Assembly: GCA_025356035.1 (NCBI GenBank)
Contig: JANXYN010000140.1
Location: forward strand, 1-42,345
Direction: 5' to 3'
DNA from: Geobacteraceae bacterium
GTDB lineage: Bacteria; Desulfobacterota; Desulfuromonadia; Geobacterales; Geobacteraceae
DNA length: 42,345 bases
The position numbers were made by a program, and so were the translations under genes. Below the pieces are notes generated by a model, which saw nothing but the letters and a program-made list of their open reading frames with translations, had not been told where the DNA came from and did no database searches. Of the stretch, positions 37,101 to 42,345 are shown in pieces. Position 1 is the first letter of the stretch, and each line of letters begins with the position of its first letter.

Positions 37101-37436
37101 GCTGCGGCGGCCACGTAGCAGGTCTCCCCAGGCAGGTGCGATGGTGATGGTGTCGACGCTGGCAAGGTTGCCGGCTGGAAACTCAGGCGGATTAGCCAGC
37201 GCCACCCCCTTGAGATATAGGGTGCCGCCTGCGATGCGCAGGCTGGCTACCCCGACCGGCTGGTGGAGGGCGGTGGTGAGGAACCGGGAGAGCTGGGCGG
37301 CGGCAAGGGGGGTAGACAGATAGATTTCGAGGGCAACGAGGCCGAGCACGAACGACGCCAAAAGCGCATAGAGTCCACGGATAAGCACTCTTCTTGCGCT
37401 GCTGCTCCTGGTTTTTGTTTGATTGCCGGCTTTCAT
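34146..37436 (-). CDS. AsmA-family (YdbH/TamB-like) large envelope protein, 1096 aa.
   Basis: N-terminal TM anchor. Long repetitive beta-rich Gly/Ala/Leu-rich body. C-terminal region typical of the AsmA-like/DUF3971 class. Confidence 0.65.
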   Translation of the reverse strand: MKAGNQTKTRSSSARRVLIRGLYALLASFVLGLVALEIYLSTPLAAAQLSRFLTTALHQPVGVASLRIAGGTLYLKGVALANPPEFPAGNLASVDTITIAPAWGDLLRGRRSIRLIALEGVRLDLRRNNQGGWNFAGLRQLSAGGKPAASELLIKELQVKDGAVLLNGQGVTGISLQLFNLASKGSTDARLALAFEDAALNNYRLVGSVRPGTEPALDLALAVNNRGWLRAGGTASSLQGERRFSLELAIDELDLATLAALIPETDRRKLVVTGRLSAKGVRLAGTASQGVTSAAGTLQLRDCSLAKDGRLFVSGLRGNVTLARTSAGLHANGRLAQRDSRGKALLGTLDAPFAVTLSPRLQPLKAEIAPLSASIMGLPVTGRLGFRAGAADPFTVSLQIPATPVARVNPQLEKFGVQLTAGSAALSLDGAGRGAAQFRGTLSARLADLEGRRGKTSFGIHSGVATAQVKREAGQFSAAGSTQLIGLVLDGKGGEARFSWQLSEGMVILSDSICRLAGTKVSIARLAARLPVTDASRDTTRYPLAIELAGVEIQQGLAELHGIAGSLHGSYMADPAGRWLDGTARLSVEKISWQGTPLGTPAAHLTLARSGGRGELSGTLLGGKLTGAFSFNPFAPTEGGKFQLGIADAQLASASGLLPKRWGVKLADGLLNGSWDGGYSLSDGLAGWFAAKGKGLAVTGRGGKTLFAGGGFTMSGSIAGQRLKLSEARFTAGDGVAVTVQGELTNPLSPQRQGQFAIALPATPLNTLLDPFINGLPPVLQEATLAGLLAATATVDLHAGRAMLDGSLLFKDVRLEVPAQKLRVVDLNGSFPFSLDLAGGTTGTPLHEGVSFSRDNYPRLLAQLRQGATGGQIVTVGKVSFGPLELGALTMQIVAGHGITELIALHSSLYQGTVFGKGYLAVQEGLTYRADLLINDLSLQQFCAALPKIKGYIAGRLDGVVSLGGAGKEVAGLAGFTDLWAREGSGEKLLVSKEFLQRLSGKKLSGFFFRADRPYDQAEIKANLEQGYLTFETLDIAHTNIFGVRDLSVSIAPSQNRIAIDHLFEAIKQAAIRGKAVTGGEVPTEAPVEPEFKWQE

Positions 37437-37635
37437 CCCTGCAGTTCCCCCGCCCTGAGACTTTATCCCGAAACCCCTGCTTTGACAAGGCCTGCAACAG
37501 CACCATTTTCATGCCACAAAGTGAAAGCCGCTCAATCAGCACCCTGCTGACCTAAGCGGCTTTCCTTGGCGCAAGCGGTCAGGGGGAAAGGCCCGATGAA
37601 TGCCACTCCCCCTGAACATCAGTTGATGTCGCCTG

Positions 37636-39008
37636 TTAATATAGGTTGTGGATCCACTTCGCTGCCTCAATGTAAGCAGGGATAAGCGATGTCGCGTGGA
37701 CACTCCCTAATTTATCTAATGAGTTGTCGACGGTCTTGTACGTAATTTTCGCGTTAGCCGTTCCCCATGCAGATTTGGCAAAACTATAATTGCCGAAAGG
37801 GACCAGATCATCTTTCCTATTATGGTACAGCATGATTTTTGCCTGGGTCGGCGTCCAACCATTGTAAGCGTTGTTTGCCTGCAGCTTCGTGTAAAGAGTG
37901 CTGCCTGTATCTCCAAGTGCACCAATATAACCAGCCGTCAGAATGCTCTTGGGCCCATTGTTGGACCCGACTATGAAATAATTAGACTGAGTCTTCATCT
38001 TGTCACTAATATTGTCCGAGGAATATCTGCCATCAAGCATAGAGTATAGCTTAGCATTGAAGGCGGCACCTCCCACATACGGAGTGCCGAGAACCGCCTT
38101 GTCAAATGGCATAATGCTAGAATCCACTAAGCCGTAAGTCCCATACCCCGCCACCACATAGGGAAGAAAGTAGGGCGCTGAAAAGTCGTCTTTGGCATCC
38201 AACATCAAGTTCCGCATGGTCCCAGACAGATCGTACGGGCCGTCAAGTGCCGCCACCCCCACCAACGTGATCTCCGGATAAGAATTTTGTTGAATCTCTT
38301 TGGCGGTCACCAGGGTCGCATACCCCCCCTCGGAGAAGCCCAACAGGAAGAGTTTACCGTTCCAGCTGGTGAAGGTCGACCAAGGCTGATTTGTTTTTCC
38401 CGCTTCAAGGATGGGGCCGATAACAGATTTGGCCAGGTCAGTCATGCAGTACGGGTGGACATCATAGTTGTCCCCCATTCCCTGATAATCGGGCATCACC
38501 ACGATATACCCCTTGGCGGCGAGCATCGTGCCGAACGGCACCGTCAACTCCTCATCCGCATATACCGAAACCCGCGACGGCGACTGGCTCCGCAACACCT
38601 GGGTCGGGTGCTGCAGCGAGATCATCGGCACATTGAGCTTATTAAGGCCATAGGTACCGCCACCAGTCCGGTGAACGACTGGCCATTGGTCGTGTAGGTG
38701 ACCTTGTACGTCTTCACCAGGCTATAACTGACTTTATTTTGCAGCCCGCGAACACCTTGCACCAACTGGTTGTAAACATCTAGGTAGGTGGCATTGCTCG
38801 TCTCTTGAGCAGCACCAAGGGCCGTACTTACCCGCGCGGTTGACGGCACAAATTTCCACAAAGCTGTCGAGGTATAGTTGGCAAAGGGATTGATTTCGAA
38901 TGCACCGATTGCCGTACTCAACTCCTCGACTTTACCGCAGCCGGCCGGTAGGACAAGCAGGCCGACCAGGGCCATTATTGGCAGGTATTGTTTCCATGTC
39001 ATTTTCAT
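37636..39008 (-). pseudogene. Secretory-lipase-family (alpha/beta hydrolase, GFSEGG nucleophile elbow) lipoprotein gene disrupted by a frameshift near 38625-38650.
   Basis: N-terminal piece (38622..39008) has lipobox LPAGC and good AGGAGG SD. C-terminal piece (37636..38631, GTG start artefact) carries GxSxG and the rest of the fold. The two overlap in different frames. Locus is markedly low-GC (about 45%). Confidence 0.65.
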
Positions 39009-39190
39009 CCGCTTCCTCCTGAACTAGTTGGGTCTTGCTCATTATTCTGTGCAGTTGGAACAATAAAGCCGCTCCCACCAGCACTCTGCTGACGAGAGCG
39101 ACCAGTAAAACTTAAGCCGCCCTAAGATAACCGCAACCGTCTGTAAAGTCAAGCAGGTTCGCCATTCGCTGTCCGATGCGCTTCCTTCTG

Positions 39191-40882
39191 CTATAGGCCG
39201 CTGCCGAGGGTGAAGTAAAGGGTGGTGCCGCTGGCCGGCTTCGATTCGGCCCAGACTCTGCCGCCGTGCCGCTCGACGATGTTACGCACGATGGCGAGGC
39301 CGACCCCGGTCCCTTCAAACTCTTCGCTGAAATGGAAACGCTGGAACACGCCGAACAGCTTGCTGGCATAGGCCATTTCGAAACCTGCGCCGTTGTCCTT
39401 GACGTAATAGACGACGATCCCTTCGTCCTGCCGGCTGCCAACCTCAATACAGGCGGGATTGCGCTTTCTCGAGAACTTGAGGGCGTTGGAGAGCAGGTTG
39501 ATCAGGACCTGCCGGAGCAGGGCCAGGTCGGCCTGACAGGGAGGAAGCGCGCCGATCATCAGGTCGATCTCCCGACCGGCCTCATCGTTACGCAGTTCGG
39601 CCATAACCTCCCGGACCAACATGGCTGGCTCCACTAATTGCCGTCTGAGGGGCTGCATGCTGAGGCGGGAGAAGGTGAGGATATCGTCGATCAGTGCCCC
39701 CATCTTCTTGACGTTGCGGGAGATGCGCGCCAGGTGTTGACGGATCTCGGGAGCGAACTGGGGGCCATAATCCTCGACCAGAATCTGGACGAAGCCGTCA
39801 ATGGCGGTGAGGGGGGCGCGCAAATCATGGGAAATGGAATAGGCAAACGATTCCGTCTGGCGCAAGGCCGACTCAAGCTCGGCAGTCCGGTCGGCAACTC
39901 GTTGCTCAAGCTCCAGGTTCAACATGCGCAATTTTTCCTCGCTTTGCCGCAGCTCTTCGGCTCGCTGACTGTTCAGGAGCAACTCCTCCGCATGGGCGGC
40001 GGTTTTTTCAATCACCTTCTTCTGCAGTATCCGGTTCCAGACGAACAGCCCCAGCACCAGCATGATGATCGCCGCAGCCGCAGCGGCCATATATTTGAAG
40101 AATTCCAAATCGATCAGGGAGCCGCCCTGCCATTTGCGATCGATGGCGGACAATTCGGCAGGGGAGATCCTGGCAAAACCTTCCTCCACCTCGGCCAGCA
40201 GCGCCTTGTCCCCCTTTTTGACGGCCCGGTGGAATTCCCCCACATACAAGGGGGGCGACTCCCAGAACTGGTCTTGCAGCCCCATTTTATAGAGGTAGTA
40301 GAGGGCCAGCGGTTTGTCGATGGCAAACACCATCACTTGCTGCTGGCGGGCCGCCCTGACAATCTCTTCGTAGCTTTTGAACTCGATCAGCTGGTCGACG
40401 CCATGACGCTTCAACACCTCGATGGTGGCATCACCGCTTTTGACGGCAACGGCAAAACCTCTGAGGGAGGCGGCATTGGAAATACCGGAGATGTTCTTGT
40501 GGAAGAAAATCGGCACTTCCAGTTTAGCGTATGCTTTGCCGAAGTCGAACAGCTTCGCCCGATCGGCATTGAAGAAAATGGTGTCGATGACATCGAACTC
40601 ACCGGCCTCCATCCGCCCCAGGGCCTCCCCCCAGTCCAGCGCGGAAATTTCCACGCGGATGCCGGTCTTCCGTTCCCAGAGCCGCCACTGGTCGATGAGG
40701 ATTCCCTGCGGCCTGCCGCTGCTGTCGCGGAATACAAAGGGGGGATAGTTACTGTCCATCACCACCCTGACTGTTTGCCGGTCCTTGCCAGCGGGGATCG
40801 CATCGGCGGGAGGGAGCGGAGCGGCAACCAACATCAGGCAGGTCAACGTAGCTATGGAGAAAAGTTGTCTAAGCAGGAGCAT
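39191..40882 (-). CDS. Sensor histidine kinase with periplasmic solute-binding (SBP family 3-like) domain.
   Basis: Probable start MLLLRQLFSIATLTCLMLVAAPLPPADA (signal). Periplasmic domain about 230 aa, TM, coiled coil, H-box ISHDLRAPL, HATPase G-boxes. The track ORF's first 29 codons overlap a terminator hairpin and are probably spurious. Confidence 0.82.
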   Translation of the reverse strand: MLLLRQLFSIATLTCLMLVAAPLPPADAIPAGKDRQTVRVVMDSNYPPFVFRDSSGRPQGILIDQWRLWERKTGIRVEISALDWGEALGRMEAGEFDVIDTIFFNADRAKLFDFGKAYAKLEVPIFFHKNISGISNAASLRGFAVAVKSGDATIEVLKRHGVDQLIEFKSYEEIVRAARQQQVMVFAIDKPLALYYLYKMGLQDQFWESPPLYVGEFHRAVKKGDKALLAEVEEGFARISPAELSAIDRKWQGGSLIDLEFFKYMAAAAAAIIMLVLGLFVWNRILQKKVIEKTAAHAEELLLNSQRAEELRQSEEKLRMLNLELEQRVADRTAELESALRQTESFAYSISHDLRAPLTAIDGFVQILVEDYGPQFAPEIRQHLARISRNVKKMGALIDDILTFSRLSMQPLRRQLVEPAMLVREVMAELRNDEAGREIDLMIGALPPCQADLALLRQVLINLLSNALKFSRKRNPACIEVGSRQDEGIVVYYVKDNGAGFEMAYASKLFGVFQRFHFSEEFEGTGVGLAIVRNIVERHGGRVWAESKPASGTTLYFTLGSGL

Positions 40883-40949
40883 AAATACCTTGTGCGGACG
40901 CCGCAGAGGATTCTTTACTGGATCTGCTGCTACTGCTGCGTTACAACAA

Positions 40950-40996
40950 AAAAAGCCGCCCGTCAGCAAAAAGCTGATGTGAGCGGCTTTGACTCA
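40950..40996 (-). terminator. Terminator hairpin (AAAGCCGCCC-loop-GAGCGGCTTT plus T7 on the minus strand), same family as 31758.
   Basis: Seen in sequence. Confidence 0.6.
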
Positions 40997-41109
40997 AATG
41001 TTTTGGTTCCCATCCATGGTAACCAAGCATTCTCCTGGATCGTGATTTGTGCTGCGGCTGCGGCAGCGAATGAGCTGTGTGCATATAATTGGTAACAAAA
41101 ATAGGTTAA

Positions 41110-41150
41110 ACCGAGCAGAAAGTCAAGCCAATCCGCTCGGTTTCTCCCTC
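41110..41150 (-). terminator. Terminator hairpin AAACCGAGC-loop-GCTCGGTTT plus U-tract immediately after the oxidoreductase stop.
   Basis: Seen in sequence. Confidence 0.55.
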
Positions 41151-42345
41151 ACACGAGTTTCGCCAGCTCGCGGGCAGCAATGTGGACCGGGTCCCAGACC
41201 GGCGAGAATGGCGGGGCATAGCCGAGGTCGAGGTCGATCAGCTGCGCCACGTTAAACCCGGCATGGAGCGCTACCGCCACGATGTCGATCCGCTTTGCGG
41301 AACCTTCCGCACCGACGATCTGACCGCCGAGGAGCCGGCCACTCCCCTGTTCCGCCAGGAGCTTGACGGTGATAGGGCCGACACCGGGGTAGTAGCCGGC
41401 CCGGGTCTGGCTCTTGATGGTGGCTGTCTGATAGTGCAGGCCGAGCTGCTTGAGCTCCTTCTCCTGCAGACCGGTACGGGCCATCTCCAGCTCGCAGACC
41501 TTGGTCACGGCGGTTCCCACCACCCCGGGAAAGGTGGCGTCACCACCGCCGAGGTTGATGCCGGCCACTCTTCCCTGCTTGTTGGCGACTGTGCCGAGCG
41601 CCACGTAGAAAGGGCGACGGCTCACCAGGTGAAAGGTCTCCGCGCAGTCGCCGGCGGCCCAGATTCCGTCGATGCCGGTCTGTAGCCGGTTATCCACCCG
41701 GATCGAACCCTTCTCGCCGAGCGGAATCCCCGCCCCCAGTGCCAGGCCGCTGTTGGGGCGGACCCCCATGCCGAGGATGACGATGTCGGCCGGGAGGGTG
41801 CGCCTGTCAGTCAACACTCCGCGCACCGCCCCATCGGCCACCTCGAACCCGAGCAGCGCCTCGTCGAGATGAAGCGCCACCCCGATCCCCCCCAGCGCAG
41901 CACCGACGAGGCTCCCCATGTCGGGATCGAGGGTCCCCATCACCTGGGGGTTGCGGTCGACCAGGGCAACCTCGATTCCCCGCAGGCAGAGGGCCTCGGC
42001 CATTTCCAGGCCGATATAGCCGCCACCGACGATCACCCCACGCTTAGGCTTAATTTCATCGATCACCTGGCGCAACACTGCGCCGCTCTGCAGCGAATGG
42101 ATACCATAAATACCCCGCGCTTCAGCGCCAGGGAGTTCTGGACGAAACGGCAGCGCGCCGGTGGCTATCAGCAGCTGGTCGTAGGATTCCCACCACTCTT
42201 CATTAGTTTCCAGCCGGTGCACCCGGAGTCGCCTTCCCTTGCCATCGATCTCCAGCACCTCGTGGCCGGTCCGGACATCGATATCCTGCTTCGTCCGGAA
42301 TTTTTCCGGTGAACGGATCACCAGCGCTTCCAACTTGTCGACAAC
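41149..42345 (-). CDS. FAD-dependent pyridine nucleotide-disulfide oxidoreductase (NADH oxidase / CoA-disulfide reductase family). Partial: N-terminus beyond the window edge.
   Basis: Internal NAD-binding GGGYIGLE. Pyr_redox dimerisation-like C-terminus. The ORF is open to the window end and the track's Met at 42333 is internal. Confidence 0.78.
   Translation of the reverse strand, partial: VVDKLEALVIRSPEKFRTKQDIDVRTGHEVLEIDGKGRRLRVHRLETNEEWWESYDQLLIATGALPFRPELPGAEARGIYGIHSLQSGAVLRQVIDEIKPKRGVIVGGGYIGLEMAEALCLRGIEVALVDRNPQVMGTLDPDMGSLVGAALGGIGVALHLDEALLGFEVADGAVRGVLTDRRTLPADIVILGMGVRPNSGLALGAGIPLGEKGSIRVDNRLQTGIDGIWAAGDCAETFHLVSRRPFYVALGTVANKQGRVAGINLGGGDATFPGVVGTAVTKVCELEMARTGLQEKELKQLGLHYQTATIKSQTRAGYYPGVGPITVKLLAEQGSGRLLGGQIVGAEGSAKRIDIVAVALHAGFNVAQLIDLDLGYAPPFSPVWDPVHIAARELAKLV

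Noticed and set aside
37517-39105. Direct repeats flanking the lipase island as target-site duplications of a mobile element.
   Set aside because: The repeats are copies of a hairpin family that also occurs at other gene ends (31758, 40950). More likely terminators than TSDs. No transposase or integrase is present.

Overview
This is a high-GC (about 60-65%) chromosomal segment that looks like a Geobacter/Desulfuromonadales-type deltaproteobacterium. Nearly all genes are on the minus strand. From left to right:

(1) Envelope locus. Two very large thioester-containing alpha-2-macroglobulin (A2M) paralogs, with CWEQ and CVEQ motifs, flank a class-C penicillin-binding protein (PBP1C). A low-GC mosaic gene for a secreted NHL-repeat + YARHG-domain protein sits between A2M-2 and pbpC. 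Elaborate G-tract and nested-palindrome elements lie in the intergenic regions.

(2) Likely operon. Membrane histidine kinase, sigma54-dependent NtrC-type regulator, TlpA-like thioredoxin lipoprotein, CcdA thiol-disulfide transporter and a VOC/glyoxalase protein. A polyprenyl-diphosphate synthase and a 74-aa unknown protein lie upstream.

(3) Singletons. REC-GAF regulator, FN3-like lipoprotein, PP2C phosphatase, Hsp20, CstA with a textbook sigma54 promoter, a DUF2784 membrane protein, a YqiK-like flotillin with a triplicated N-terminal repeat, and an archaeal-type GH13 alpha-amylase.

(4) Remaining genes. An AsmA-family (YdbH-like) giant protein with a YdbL-like partner, a low-GC island carrying a frameshifted secretory-lipase lipoprotein, a periplasmic-solute-binding-domain histidine kinase, and a partial FAD disulfide oxidoreductase at the right edge.

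No tRNA, rRNA, CRISPR, transposase or integrase genes were recognised. All functional calls come from motif recognition by eye. No database search was run.
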